From assembly GCA_012719595.1 (NCBI GenBank), contig JAAYAB010000212.1, positions 14,677-78,676 of the forward strand: 64,000 bases of DNA. Reading direction: 5' to 3'. Numbering within the stretch: the first letter of the stretch is position 1; the number at the start of each line of letters is the position of its first letter. The translations under genes and the position numbers were made by a program. This document shows positions 38,169-48,221 of this stretch, piece after piece. This DNA comes from Bacillota bacterium. Its GTDB lineage: Bacteria; Bacillota; DTU014. The notes below the pieces were generated by a model. That model did not search any database. It saw only the letters and a program-made list of their open reading frames with translations, and was not told the origin of the DNA.

Positions 38169-38708
38169 TCAGACTATGAACAGCGCAAGCGTGGCTCCGC
38201 CCATTGCGCCCAGATAGCGCCAGAGTCGGGGATATGTATCAAGATCGCGCCGCGCTGATTCTTCGTTTATCGCAAGAGTCTCTCTGGCGAGCCTGATGTG
38301 GCTCACCTGGTCATCCCGACCGCCTGCGCCAAGAGCGGCGAACAGGCGCCCGAGCACTTGGAGGTCGTCATCGCGGTACGCAGGAAAACCGTGTGCCCTG
38401 CCGCCCCGTTTGACGGCAAGCAGTACCCGCGTCCATCCCTGTGCGAGCGTCAGATGTGGGTTCGACATGAGTTCATCTGCGACCGCGCACATCAGGCGCC
38501 CTGCAGGCCCGCGCACCGCGAGCCCGACCGATGACAGCGCTCTCGGAAACGGTTGAACGGTTCTCGCGACGTATGTCTCCAGCATCAGCAGAGCGTGCTG
38601 CATGGCGCAGAGGTCCCTGTGCCTGGCATCGTAGCGCCGGGCCTCTCTGTCACCAAGAATGAGCCCGCTGACAATCAACAGAAGCGCTCCGGCGAGCTTC
38701 AGGCCCAA
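38169..38708 (-). CDS. spoIIIAB: Stage III sporulation protein AB
   Basis: N-terminal TM helix plus cytoplasmic helical domain; size and operon position match SpoIIIAB. Confidence 0.75.
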   Translation of the reverse strand: MGLKLAGALLLIVSGLILGDREARRYDARHRDLCAMQHALLMLETYVARTVQPFPRALSSVGLAVRGPAGRLMCAVADELMSNPHLTLAQGWTRVLLAVKRGGRAHGFPAYRDDDLQVLGRLFAALGAGGRDDQVSHIRLARETLAINEESARRDLDTYPRLWRYLGAMGGATLALFIV

Positions 38709-39702
38709 GCTGGACCACCTTCCCTATTTCAGCCACTTCGTCAGCCTCCAGGATCTCTGCCACGGTTCCCACGCGCGGGCGGTCGCTGAGCCGCACATAG
38801 CGGTCAAACAGACCTCTTGACAACATGGCCGCAAGCGCAGGCCGCCTTATCAGCTCCTCGATGGAACCGGCATGGGCCGAGGCCAGCAGTGCGACTCCAG
38901 CGTTCAGGCATTCCTCGACAGCGTCGACGTCCTCTGGCCGGCCGAGCTCGTCTGTGACAATCACCTGGGGCGACATTGCTCGAATCACCATCATGATGCC
39001 GACTGCCTTTGGGACGCGGTCGAGCACATCTGTGCGCATCCCGACGTCTCTCTGAGGCACTCCACAGTAGCACCCTGCAAGTTCGGATCTTTCGTCGACG
39101 ATTGCCACTCTGAAGGGCTTCTTGGAGCCGATTCCGTCGCTCAACCTTCTCGCCAGGTCCCTCAGCAAGGTAGTCTTGCCGCATCCCGGCGGAGAGAAAA
39201 TCAGACTCCGGTAGACCCCCAGTGGTCCCCCCAAGAGCCTGGGAAGCACAGCTGCTGAGCAGCCCTTCGCATCCCTCGCTACTCTCAGGTTGATGCTGGA
39301 GACATCAGCGATGGACTCAACCGTGCCACCGCTGGTCACCGCCCTCCCCACCACGCCGACCCTGTGCCCGCCCGCGACCGTGAGATAGCCTGACTTCAGC
39401 TGCTCTTCGGCCGCGTACAACGACCTGTCCGTCAGCAGTTGCAAGGCCTCATCTCTCATTTCACGAGTGAAGCAGATGGCTTCCTCGCCCGGGCGGCACA
39501 GTCCGCGATGCCCCAAGAGCCGCTCGCCGTCCTCTAAAACGAGAATCACCGGCCTACAGAGCCGCAGCCTGACCTCCAGAAGCGCGTCCAGGGTATTCAG
39601 ATCGAGCATGCTCAGCGAGCGTCTCACACGCCCGGGAAGGTACGCCGCAAAGCCGGGAACGCTGTCCGCCGTTTTCTGAACGTATCCGCTCGATGTGCTC
39701 AT
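38650..39702 (-). CDS. spoIIIAA: Stage III sporulation protein AA (AAA+/secretion-ATPase-like)
   Basis: Walker A SPPGCGKTTLLRDLAR, Walker B IVTDELG; N-terminal ...LEVRLRLCRPVILVLEDGERLL matches SpoIIIAA. Confidence 0.9.
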   Translation of the reverse strand: MSTSSGYVQKTADSVPGFAAYLPGRVRRSLSMLDLNTLDALLEVRLRLCRPVILVLEDGERLLGHRGLCRPGEEAICFTREMRDEALQLLTDRSLYAAEEQLKSGYLTVAGGHRVGVVGRAVTSGGTVESIADVSSINLRVARDAKGCSAAVLPRLLGGPLGVYRSLIFSPPGCGKTTLLRDLARRLSDGIGSKKPFRVAIVDERSELAGCYCGVPQRDVGMRTDVLDRVPKAVGIMMVIRAMSPQVIVTDELGRPEDVDAVEECLNAGVALLASAHAGSIEELIRRPALAAMLSRGLFDRYVRLSDRPRVGTVAEILEADEVAEIGKVVQLGPEARRSASVDCQRAHSW

Positions 39703-39767
39703 GGCACGTCCTCACCACAGTATATAGATATTGCGAACTTGTACATTTATTACACAGACACAAAGGA

Positions 39768-39806
39768 AGAGAGCCGGCTGCAGTCGCTGTCGACCGCAAA
39801 CCGGCT
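39768..39806 (-). terminator. Putative intrinsic terminator downstream of efp
   Basis: Minus-strand GAGCCGG-(loop)-CCGGCTC hairpin followed by a U-rich stretch (TCTTCCTTTGTGTCTGTG). Confidence 0.3.
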
Positions 39807-39854
39807 CCCTAATCTGCCTGCATTTCGTCTGTTCTGGCTTGATTCTTCCGGATC

Positions 39855-40412
39855 CTACACTCTCTCGAGATACTCCCCGGTGCGAGTGTCCACCCGGATC
39901 ACGTCTCCCACGTTTATGAAGAACGGCACCTGCACCGTCGCACCCGTTTCCAGCACCGCCGGCTTCCCTCCGCCTGTCGCAGTGTCTCCTCTGAAGCTGG
40001 GCGCAGTCTCGACGACTTCCAGCTCAACGAAATTGGGGAGCTGGACGCCTATCGGGCTCCCTTCGTACATCGCCACGTTTACGACCATGTTCTCCTTGAG
40101 GTACTTGACGCCCTCGCCTATGGCGCTCTCAGAGAGAGTCATCTGCTCGTATGTATCGGTGTCCATGACGTAATAGTCGTTGTCGCTCTTGTACAGATAC
40201 TGCATCTCTCTGTATTCGACTCTTGCGGTCGGCACTTTTTCGCCTGCTCTGAACGTGCGTTCATGAACGTAGCCGGTCTTCATGTTGCGAAGCTTGGCTC
40301 GCACGAACGCGGCGCCTTTGCCCGGCTTCACGTGCTGAAAGTCGACGACCTGGTACACCTCGCCGTCTATCTCGATTGTCAATCCAGTGCGAAAGTCATT
40401 TGTCGAGACCAT
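39855..40412 (-). CDS. efp: Elongation factor P
   Basis: [47 protein letters not shown] is canonical EF-P (KPGKG loop). Confidence 0.95.
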   Translation of the reverse strand: MVSTNDFRTGLTIEIDGEVYQVVDFQHVKPGKGAAFVRAKLRNMKTGYVHERTFRAGEKVPTARVEYREMQYLYKSDNDYYVMDTDTYEQMTLSESAIGEGVKYLKENMVVNVAMYEGSPIGVQLPNFVELEVVETAPSFRGDTATGGGKPAVLETGATVQVPFFINVGDVIRVDTRTGEYLERV

Positions 40413-40436
40413 AGAATGCCCCCCTCGTGATCAGTA

Positions 40437-41510
40437 CTATAGGCAAATCAGCTCTTTGCTCGAACTCGTCAGGTTCTCGATGCCGCCAGGCCTTATGACG
40501 ACGAGGTCCTCGATCCTCACTCCTCCCAGGCCTGGAAGGTAGATGCCCGGCTCAACAGACACGACTGACGACGCGTGCATGGGCCGCTCATTCCTGGACG
40601 AGACGAGCGGGTATTCATGCACCTCTAGGCCTACGCCGTGACCCAGCCCGTGGCCGAACCTGTCGCCGTACCCGGCCTCTTCTATTATGCTTCGGGCGAC
40701 CGCATCCGCTTCCTTCCCGGTCATGCCTGCCTTCAGCGTTTCGCACGCAGCCGTCTGCGCCCGCAAGACCACCTCATAAACTCTCCTCATCTCGGGGCTC
40801 GGAGTTCCCACGAAGACGGTTCTGGTCATGTCGCTGGTGTATCCTCCGTAGAAACACCCGAAATCCATCACAACCGGGTCCCCGGGTTGAAGCCTTCGCC
40901 TGCCGGCCACGCCATGCGCCATCGCTGCTCGAGGACCCGATGCCACGATCGTGTCAAACCCGACCTTCTCGCCGCCGAGCTTCCTCATCTGGTACTCGAG
41001 TTCGATGGCTATGTCGAGCTCGGCCACGCCCTCGGCGATGACGGGCAGAACAGCCTCCAGGGCTGCATCCGCTATGGATGCTGCCTGTCGAATGAGGTCG
41101 ATCTCTGACTCTTCCTTGATCGACCGCACGTGCTCGATCACGCGATCGGTCTCTACCATGCGGGCGTCCGGAGCAACTTCCGCCAGCTCTTTTCGGGCGA
41201 GCACAGTCATGTGAGCGCCTTCTATTCCGAGCGAGCCGATGCCTTCATCGGCTGCTCTCTTGCCGGCTTCTTTGAGCGCCGGGTCCCGAGTCACGACTAC
41301 CTGGAATCCCTCGACCTCCTCAGCCGCCTGCACATCATACCGCGGATCGGTCACGAACACTCCCGACCCGTCCTTGCGGACGAGACATGCCCCAGTAGAT
41401 CCAGAGAAACCCGTGACATACCGCACGTTCTGCGGCTTTGTCACCAGCAGTGCGTCTATTCCGAGCTCGCCAAACGACGAGATGAGCCTTGATACTCGTT
41501 CCTTCACGAC
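40437..41510 (-). CDS. Xaa-Pro aminopeptidase / M24-family metallopeptidase (YqhT-like)
   Basis: Creatinase N-domain plus pita-bread fold with metal ligands ([35 protein letters not shown]). Start probably an internal GTG ([10 protein letters not shown]) to avoid a 60-nt overlap with aroQ. Confidence 0.8.
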   Translation of the reverse strand, partial: VVKERVSRLISSFGELGIDALLVTKPQNVRYVTGFSGSTGACLVRKDGSGVFVTDPRYDVQAAEEVEGFQVVVTRDPALKEAGKRAADEGIGSLGIEGAHMTVLARKELAEVAPDARMVETDRVIEHVRSIKEESEIDLIRQAASIADAALEAVLPVIAEGVAELDIAIELEYQMRKLGGEKVGFDTIVASGPRAAMAHGVAGRRRLQPGDPVVMDFGCFYGGYTSDMTRTVFVGTPSPEMRRVYEVVLRAQTAACETLKAGMTGKEADAVARSIIEEAGYGDRFGHGLGHGVGLEVHEYPLVSSRNERPMHASSVVSVEPGIYLPGLGGVRIEDLVVIRPGGIENLTSSSKELICL

Positions 41511-41950
41511 TTTGCTCCCCCAATCCTCACGGCTGCCTCGAGTGCGAGCAGGTATCCGAGCCATCCCAGCCCGCAGATCTGCCCTGTCACCACGGGTGCG
41601 GTCACGGACAGGCTCCTGAAGCCTTCCCTCGCGTGGATGTTGGACAGATGGACCTCAATCACGGGCACATCGAGTGCAGCGAGCGCATCCCGGATCGCGT
41701 AGCTATAATGCGTAAACGCGGCCGGATTGATTATCACAGCGTCCGAAGCATGTTGGTGCAGCTTGTCAATGATAGCTCCTTCGTGGTTCGACTGAAACAT
41801 CTCGACTTCGACGCCAAGCTCGGCTGCACGTTTTCGAACCAGATCCTCGAGTTCCGAGAGAGTCAAAGAGCCGTATATGTCGACTTCACGACTCCCCAAA
41901 ATGTCAAGGTTGGGGCCATTCACGACGAGCACCCGTCTGCATCGAGACAC
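41504..41950 (-). CDS. aroQ: 3-dehydroquinate dehydratase, type II
   Basis: [22 protein letters not shown]...[18 protein letters not shown]...[15 protein letters not shown] is canonical type II DHQase. Confidence 0.9.
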   Translation of the reverse strand: MSRCRRVLVVNGPNLDILGSREVDIYGSLTLSELEDLVRKRAAELGVEVEMFQSNHEGAIIDKLHQHASDAVIINPAAFTHYSYAIRDALAALDVPVIEVHLSNIHAREGFRSLSVTAPVVTGQICGLGWLGYLLALEAAVRIGGAKS

Positions 41951-42006
41951 GTCCGTTCACCTCCACACCGCCCTCGGGACGCCGTTCTGCGGACACTTCT
42001 ACCGGG

Positions 42007-43620
42007 CTACAGTCCGGCCAGCGTTCTGGCGACAGCCTCCCTGAGAACGTCTCTATCGATTTCCACACCCCGCCTGACAGTGCCTACCTCCTCGACCACA
42101 GAGAAGAACACTCGGTCGCCCCGCTTCTTCTTGTCGCTCAACATCGCCTGGCACACCGATGAGGCATCGAGGTCAGGCAGCGACAGCCCCTCGACCAGAG
42201 GAATGAAGCAGGCGCGCACTACCTCGAGGCATCTGTCTGACGCAATGCCCATAGTATTGGCGGCGTCAGTCTCTGCAATGATCCCCAGCGCGACCGCTTC
42301 GCCATGCCGCAATCGCCCGTACCCGGCAGCCAACTCAACGGCGTGAGCGACTGTGTGTCCGGCGTTGAGAACCTCCCGGAGACCTTGCTCGGTCTCGTCT
42401 GCCTCTACGATGTCAGCTTTTACAGCACATGAATGCGCGACTGCCCAGACCATGTCTCTGGACTGCGTATAGCTCATCAAGATCTCTCGTCTTGACATCA
42501 GGAAATCCAGCAGTGCGGGATTGAGGATCAGTCCGTGTTTCAGGAGCTCGGCCATGCCGGCGCGGTAGTCTCGCAGAGTCAATGTCGAGAGGGTGTCAAG
42601 GTCGGCCACTACCAGCCTGGGCTGGTGGAACACTCCGACCATGTTCTTGCCGAAAGGCATATTGACGGCGGTTTTTCCTCCGACGCTCGAGTCGACCATG
42701 GCCAACAGCGTGGTCGGAACCTGCACGAGATTCATACCTCGCATATACGTACCGGCTATGAAACCCGCTACGTCGCCGACTACTCCGCCGCCGAGAGCGA
42801 CAACCGTGGATCTCCGGTCCAGACTGAGCTCATTGCACGCGTGGTAGGCCTGCACCGCAGTGTCAAGGGTCTTGTATTCCTCACCGTCGGCCATCAAAAA
42901 GGTGGAACAGTGGAAGCCGGCCTCGGAAAGCGACTGCCTTGCACGATCGCCGTACAGACAGTCGACCGTGCCGTTCGAAAAGAGCATCGACTTGCCTTCC
43001 AGCCCGCAGGCACGCATCTCGGACCCGAGCTGTGACAGTATCCCGGAGCCGACAACCACGGAGTAGCGCTCCAGAGGCGTGTCCAGCTCGAGCCGCAGAT
43101 TCTCCAGATCGGCGTTCTGAGAGCAGACCCATTCTGCGATAACCTCCACGGCCTCCTCCACAGAACAAATCCCAGTATCGACGCAGAGATCATACTGCGC
43201 GTACGCGTCTCGCCTGTCGTCGATGAGGCGGGCGATATCCTCGGGCGCCTTCAGGTTGAGAGCAAGCGGTCTCGAACTGCCCCTGGAGATTCTCTCATAG
43301 AGGACTCGAGGATCGGCTTTGAGCAGCACTACCCTGCACGTCATCCTGAGAAGGCGCAGGTTGCGCGGGTCGACCGTGGCGCCTCCGCCGCAGGAGATGA
43401 CCTGATCATCCTCTAGAGTGACCGCCTGGATTGCCGAACGCTCAAGACGCCTGAAGGCCTTCTCGCCTTCCTCCGCGAAGATGCGCGAGATGCTCTTGTT
43501 CGACGCCTCTTCGATGACGGCATCAGTCTCAACGAACCTGAGGCATAGTCTGCGGGCGAGTTCAGCTCCGACAGTCGACTTGCCGGTTCCCATGAACCCG
43601 ATCAGCGCGATGTTCTTCAT
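42007..43620 (-). CDS. Bifunctional shikimate kinase (N-terminal) / 3-dehydroquinate synthase (C-terminal) fusion
   Basis: N-terminus IALIGFMGTGKSTVG (AroK P-loop); C-terminus ALGGGVVGDVAGFIAGTYMRGMNLVQVPTTLLAMVDSSVGGKTAVN...H-x-HA metal site (AroB). Confidence 0.85.
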   Translation of the reverse strand: MKNIALIGFMGTGKSTVGAELARRLCLRFVETDAVIEEASNKSISRIFAEEGEKAFRRLERSAIQAVTLEDDQVISCGGGATVDPRNLRLLRMTCRVVLLKADPRVLYERISRGSSRPLALNLKAPEDIARLIDDRRDAYAQYDLCVDTGICSVEEAVEVIAEWVCSQNADLENLRLELDTPLERYSVVVGSGILSQLGSEMRACGLEGKSMLFSNGTVDCLYGDRARQSLSEAGFHCSTFLMADGEEYKTLDTAVQAYHACNELSLDRRSTVVALGGGVVGDVAGFIAGTYMRGMNLVQVPTTLLAMVDSSVGGKTAVNMPFGKNMVGVFHQPRLVVADLDTLSTLTLRDYRAGMAELLKHGLILNPALLDFLMSRREILMSYTQSRDMVWAVAHSCAVKADIVEADETEQGLREVLNAGHTVAHAVELAAGYGRLRHGEAVALGIIAETDAANTMGIASDRCLEVVRACFIPLVEGLSLPDLDASSVCQAMLSDKKKRGDRVFFSVVEEVGTVRRGVEIDRDVLREAVARTLAGL

Positions 43621-44819
43621 CCGGGCAGCTCTCCACCTCCCGTCCGGCTCTCTGTTGCCGCGCAGCGAAAGCGCCGACGGATCTCATCGACACTGTCGCC
43701 TCCGAACTTCTCGCAGCACGCGCGCGCGAGCTCCAAGGACACCATCGCTTCGGCCACAATGGCTGCTGAAGGCACGGCACAGACATCCGACCTCTCGGTG
43801 GCGGCGGTTGCCGGGCCGTACCCGCGCAGATCTACTGTGCGCAGCGGCTTCCGAAGAGTCGGAATGGGTTTCATCGCTCCCCTGACGAGTATCGGCTCTC
43901 CGTTGGAGATCCCGCCCTCGATGCCTCCTGCGTTGTTTGTGAGTCTGCGGTATCCCCGCTCGTCCTGCGGCCAGGGTTCGATCTCGTCGTGCACTTCAGA
44001 CCCCTTCATGGACGCCGCACTGAATCCCATTCCAAACTCCACGCCTTTGACACCCGGAATGCTCACGATGGCGCCGGCCAGCCGCGCGTCGAGTCTCCTG
44101 TCAAAGTGCACGTGACTCCCCAGTCCCACTGGAACGCCTGTGGCAACGACTTCGAAGATCCCTCCGAGCGAGTCGCCCTCTTTCGCGGCAGCGTCGATCC
44201 GGCGAATCATCTTCAGAGCCGCGTCTGCATCCGCGCATCTGACCGGCGAGGCCTCCACTGCCGCGTAGTTCGAGATCACGTCATCGGTTGAGACGACAGC
44301 TGTGACTCCTCCAATAGCGACGACATGAGAGTACACAGAAACCCCGAACTCCGCGAGGAGGAGCTTGCACAAGGCGCCGGCTGCCACACGAGCGGCTGTC
44401 TCACGAGCGCTGGCCCGCTCGAGCACATTGCGAGCGTCTGAGAAGCCGTACTTGACGGCTCCAGGCAAGTCTGCATGCCCGGGTCTAGGAGTGAACACCG
44501 GCCGCTCGTCCCCGCCGTTCTCTGCACCGCTCGAGCCGTCCGCGTCAACCGGCATGACATGTCTCCAGCTGTCGTAGTCAAGATTCCGGATCAAGCCGCA
44601 GACGGGGCTCCCCAGCGTGACACCCTTGCGAATCCCGGCGGTGAACTCGACTGAATCCGACTCTATCTTCATCCTTCCGCCGCGGCCATGGCCCCGCTGT
44701 CGCCTGGCAAGTTCCGACTTCACGAAACCCATGTCGATGCGAAGGCCCGCAGGTAGGCCTTCCAATATGAACGAGAGAGACGGCCCGTGTGATTCGCCGG
44801 CAGTCAGCAATCGTATCAC
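43617..44819 (-). CDS. aroC: Chorismate synthase
   Basis: RLLTAGESHGPSL, ...RPGHADL..., GGISNGEPI signatures. Confidence 0.9.
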   Translation of the reverse strand: MIRLLTAGESHGPSLSFILEGLPAGLRIDMGFVKSELARRQRGHGRGGRMKIESDSVEFTAGIRKGVTLGSPVCGLIRNLDYDSWRHVMPVDADGSSGAENGGDERPVFTPRPGHADLPGAVKYGFSDARNVLERASARETAARVAAGALCKLLLAEFGVSVYSHVVAIGGVTAVVSTDDVISNYAAVEASPVRCADADAALKMIRRIDAAAKEGDSLGGIFEVVATGVPVGLGSHVHFDRRLDARLAGAIVSIPGVKGVEFGMGFSAASMKGSEVHDEIEPWPQDERGYRRLTNNAGGIEGGISNGEPILVRGAMKPIPTLRKPLRTVDLRGYGPATAATERSDVCAVPSAAIVAEAMVSLELARACCEKFGGDSVDEIRRRFRCAATESRTGGGELPG

Positions 44820-44823
44820 AGTA

Positions 44824-45711
44824 TCACCCTCGTGTCAGGCAGTCGAGCAGCGACTGTCGCATCGCTTGAACGTTGGGTTTGATCCCGGTCCACAACTCGA
44901 ACGCCAGTGCGCCCTGGTGAGCCAGCATGCCTACGCCGTTCATGGTGCGATACCCTCTCATCTCGGCCTGGCGCAGGAACACGGTCTTGAGCGGGTTGTA
45001 TATCAGATCTGCAACGCATGCCCCAGCCGGCAAGCGCTCGAATTCGATCTCGATAGGGTCATCGGTATTTGTGGTCATGCCGACCGGCGTAGAGTTGATC
45101 AGCAGGTCAGAAGACTCCAGGACCCGGCGCAGCCCATGTCTGTCGGTGAGCGACACGGCGGAAGCTGCGCACTCCGGCCTCAGCCGGGATATGAGTTCAG
45201 TCAGGGCCTCAGCTCTCTCGAGGTTCCGCGCAGCGAAAACGACGCTTGCGGCGCCATATCGAGCCAAAGCAACCGACACGCCCCGCGCAGATCCGCCTGC
45301 GCCGAGGATGCATACTCGAAGTCCCGAGGGCGTGAGCCCGAGATCCTCACGCAGCGAGGCTACGAATCCTTCGGAATCGGTATTGTGGCCGATCAATCTC
45401 CCGGACTCGTTTACAACGGTGTTGACTGCCCCCGCCCCGGCAGCGCTCTCTGCGAGCTCATCCACAAGCGAGAGGGCCGACTGCTTGAGCGGGATCGTAA
45501 GATTCACTCCTGCAATGCCCAATGCTCGCACGCCGCCGAGCGCCGCTGCCAACTGCGATTCCCGAACGTGAAAAGCGAGGTAGACGTAATCCAGGCCCAG
45601 ATCTGCAATGGCCGCGTTGTGCATGGCGGGCGAGAGCGAGTGCTCTATCGGGTCTCCAAAGACCGCCAGGAGGCGGGTCGACGTCGATATCAGTTTCAAG
45701 GGTTTTCCCAC
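44824..45711 (-). CDS. aroE: Shikimate dehydrogenase
   Basis: VFGDPIEHSLSPAMHNAAI, GVNLTIPLK, ILGAGGSARG Rossmann. Confidence 0.9.
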   Translation of the reverse strand: MGKPLKLISTSTRLLAVFGDPIEHSLSPAMHNAAIADLGLDYVYLAFHVRESQLAAALGGVRALGIAGVNLTIPLKQSALSLVDELAESAAGAGAVNTVVNESGRLIGHNTDSEGFVASLREDLGLTPSGLRVCILGAGGSARGVSVALARYGAASVVFAARNLERAEALTELISRLRPECAASAVSLTDRHGLRRVLESSDLLINSTPVGMTTNTDDPIEIEFERLPAGACVADLIYNPLKTVFLRQAEMRGYRTMNGVGMLAHQGALAFELWTGIKPNVQAMRQSLLDCLTRG

Positions 45712-45721
45712 CTCTCGCGGA

Positions 45722-46927
45722 CTACAACAGAGACTCTATCCTGTCAGCAATCACTGCTGCGAGCTGTGACTTGGCCATGCGATCGAGCATCTCTACCTGT
45801 CCGCTCCTGTATACGATCGAGGCTATGTTGGTGTCTACTTCGAACCCGGCCCCTTCTGCGGTGACGTCGTTTGCGACGATCATGTCCAGGTTCTTGGCGG
45901 CCAGCTTGGAAGACGCGTTCTCCACAAGGCGCTCCGTCTCCGCAGCGAATCCTACTGTGATCTGGCCCTTCCTCTTAACTTCTCCAAGTGCAGCCGCTAT
46001 ATCAGGATTCTGCTCCAGCTCGACGACCAACCTGCCGGCATCCGGGCGCTTCTTGATCTTGGAGTCCGACGGATCTGCCGGAGCAAAGTCGCCTGGAGCT
46101 GCAGAAAATACTGCCACATCGACCGAAGAGAAGCGAGCCGCGCATGCCTCGAGCATCTCCCTGGTCGTGCTGACGGGTACGACCTCTATCCCCTCAGGAG
46201 GGTCGAGGCACACAGGCCCCGACACCAGGGTCACCTCCGCCCCACGCTGCCACAGCTCAACTGCCATGGCGTACCCCATCTTGCCAGATGACCTGTTGCC
46301 GATGAAGCGCACGGGATCGAGAGGCTCACGAGTCGGACCTGCAGTCACCAGGCACCGCAGATCGCTCCAGCGATCGGACCTCCTTACAGCCCTGATCGCG
46401 TGCTGCAGTATCCGTTCGGGAGGTATCATCCGGCCATATCCTATGTCACCGCAGGCAAGTTGGCCTTTGTCAGTTCTCAGTACGATGAAGCCGAAGTCTC
46501 TGAGAGTCTCGATGTTCCTCTGAGTGATCGGGTTCTCCCACATCGCCGTGTTCATGGCCGGAGCTATGACCTTGGGAGACTTGCACGCGAGCACAGTCGA
46601 TGTCAGCATGTCGTCGGCAATCCCGGAAGCCATCTTGCCTATCACATTTGCGGTCGCGGGCGCCACGACAAACACGTCTGCCCACTGGGCGAGTGAGACA
46701 TGCTCTATCTCAAACCGCTCAGGTTCTTCGAACATATCCGTTACGACCTTGTTGTTTGAGAGCGTTCGGAGCGTCAGCGGGGTGATGAACTCGGTCGCCG
46801 CGCGGGTCATTATGACCCGCACTTCGAAGCCCGCCTTTGTGGCGAGGCGGATGAGTTCACACGCCTTGTATGCCGCGATTCCCCCACTGATTCCAAGCAC
46901 CATGCGCCTGCGATCAGTCGGAGCCAT
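45722..46927 (-). CDS. coaBC: Bifunctional phosphopantothenoylcysteine decarboxylase / phosphopantothenate--cysteine ligase
   Basis: N-terminal flavoprotein domain (VLGISGGIAAYKACELIRL...APAMNTAMW); C-terminal CoaB domain (ITAGPTREPLDPVRFIGNRSSGKMG). Confidence 0.9.
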   Translation of the reverse strand: MAPTDRRRMVLGISGGIAAYKACELIRLATKAGFEVRVIMTRAATEFITPLTLRTLSNNKVVTDMFEEPERFEIEHVSLAQWADVFVVAPATANVIGKMASGIADDMLTSTVLACKSPKVIAPAMNTAMWENPITQRNIETLRDFGFIVLRTDKGQLACGDIGYGRMIPPERILQHAIRAVRRSDRWSDLRCLVTAGPTREPLDPVRFIGNRSSGKMGYAMAVELWQRGAEVTLVSGPVCLDPPEGIEVVPVSTTREMLEACAARFSSVDVAVFSAAPGDFAPADPSDSKIKKRPDAGRLVVELEQNPDIAAALGEVKRKGQITVGFAAETERLVENASSKLAAKNLDMIVANDVTAEGAGFEVDTNIASIVYRSGQVEMLDRMAKSQLAAVIADRIESLL

Positions 46928-46952
46928 GGCTGCACCTCCTGAGCGATTCTAC

Positions 46953-46975
46953 AAAAAACGGGGGAACATCCCCCG
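46953..46975 (-). terminator. Intrinsic terminator between rpoZ and coaBC
   Basis: Minus strand reads CGGGGGATGTTCCCCCGTTTTTTGT: perfect 6-bp GC stem, 3-nt loop, then a T6 run. Confidence 0.7.
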
Positions 46976-47017
46976 ATCAACGAACAGACAAGATTCCAAA
47001 AGGTGAATCTGGACCCG

Positions 47018-47218
47018 TCAGCTCTTCTCCGGCTTCTTGCCGACCACCTTGCCGTGAAGGATTTCATACAGCGCGATGGTAACGGGTTTGTCGCTGCGAG
47101 TGGCGACTGCAGGAACCGAGCCGTCCGTGATTTGTCTGGCACGCTTCGCAGCCGTGACCACAAGTGTATATCTGCTATCCACCTTCGGCAGGAGTTCATC
47201 AAGTGATGGTCTGTTCAT
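47018..47218 (-). CDS. rpoZ: DNA-directed RNA polymerase subunit omega
   Basis: MNRPSLDELLPKVDSRYTLVVTAAKRARQI is canonical RpoZ. Start at the internal ATG of the longer track ORF. Confidence 0.9.
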   Translation of the reverse strand: MNRPSLDELLPKVDSRYTLVVTAAKRARQITDGSVPAVATRSDKPVTIALYEILHGKVVGKKPEKS

Positions 47219-47273
47219 CTCAACTCGCAGTCCTCCGGCAAATGTCTTTGTGATTCTCAAAGATGCAGTCTGC

Positions 47274-47903
47274 TTACTCGCTGATTGACTGCGACCGCAT
47301 TTCATCAGAGCTGGCACGCACGAACCGACTCGTTCGACACCGCTCGGCCTCGATGATTGCGACGAGGGACCGAACCGCGTCCTCCAGCTCATCATTGACT
47401 ATCGCGTAAGTGTACTGGCTAAGAGCAGAGATCTCATTGAGAGCCGAATTCATTCGCCTCCGTATGGTTGCTTCGTCATCTGTGCCTCTGCTCCGGATTC
47501 TCCGCTCCAATTCCGCAATTGAGGGTGGCAACAAGAAGACCAGGACAGCGTCAGGGCACCTTTGACGGATCTGAAGCGCACCTTGGACGTCGAGATCCAG
47601 TATGACATCCTCACCTGCTGCCAATACATCCTCTACCGGCTTCCGTGGAGTGCCGTAGAAGTTGCCATAGACTTCGGCATACTCTAGGAGATCGTCCTGC
47701 CTTATCATGTCCTGGAACCTGTCCAAAGACACAAAGTGATAGTCGACGCCGTCACGTTCGTTGAGACGTCTCGGCCTCGTCGTTGCTGAGATGGAATACC
47801 TCAAGCCCTGTGTCACCTTCATAGCTTCTGAGATGACACGGTTCTTTCCCGAACCCGACGGGCCGGAGACCACTATCAGCGTGCCTCGGCGACGAACCAG
47901 GAC
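47274..47903 (-). CDS. gmk: Guanylate kinase
   Basis: LIVVSGPSGSGK P-loop; ...YHFVSLDRFQDMIRQDDLLEYAEVYGNFYGT...LDLDVQGA. Start approximate (GTG/TTG near VLVRRRGTL rather than the long track ORF). Confidence 0.85.
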   Translation of the reverse strand, partial: VLVRRRGTLIVVSGPSGSGKNRVISEAMKVTQGLRYSISATTRPRRLNERDGVDYHFVSLDRFQDMIRQDDLLEYAEVYGNFYGTPRKPVEDVLAAGEDVILDLDVQGALQIRQRCPDAVLVFLLPPSIAELERRIRSRGTDDEATIRRRMNSALNEISALSQYTYAIVNDELEDAVRSLVAIIEAERCRTSRFVRASSDEMRSQSISE

Positions 47904-47940
47904 GGCAAGGTCGTTCTCCGGGCATCCTTGACAATCAGCA

Positions 47941-48207
47941 CTACTCACTGACCTCAGGGGTGCCTTCCTTTCCACCCAGTCTGTGCGCTACAGTCTCAGG
48001 TTGCACTGCAGAGAGGATTATGTGGTCGCTGTCGGTCATCACCACGGCCCGCGTCCTGCGTCCGTATGTAGCGTCAATCAACATGCCGCGATCGCGAGCA
48101 TCTTGGATGATGCGTTTGATCGGAGCAGACTCCGGACTGACGATAGCGATGATCCGGTTGGCGGCCACAATGTTGCCAAAGCCTATGTTGATCAACTTGA
48201 TGTCCAA
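47941..48207 (-). CDS. remA: DUF370 protein (RemA/YlzA-like extracellular-matrix regulator)
   Basis: [52 protein letters not shown] matches RemA; conserved position upstream of gmk. Confidence 0.8.
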   Translation of the reverse strand: MDIKLINIGFGNIVAANRIIAIVSPESAPIKRIIQDARDRGMLIDATYGRRTRAVVMTDSDHIILSAVQPETVAHRLGGKEGTPEVSE

Positions 48208-48221
48208 GGCCTAACCCCCTC

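Noticed and set aside
39703-39767. Specific sigma-E promoter call upstream of spoIIIAA
   Set aside because: AT-rich hexamers are present, but I could not place a convincing -35/-10 pair with correct spacing by eye. It is mentioned in a finding only, not annotated as a feature.
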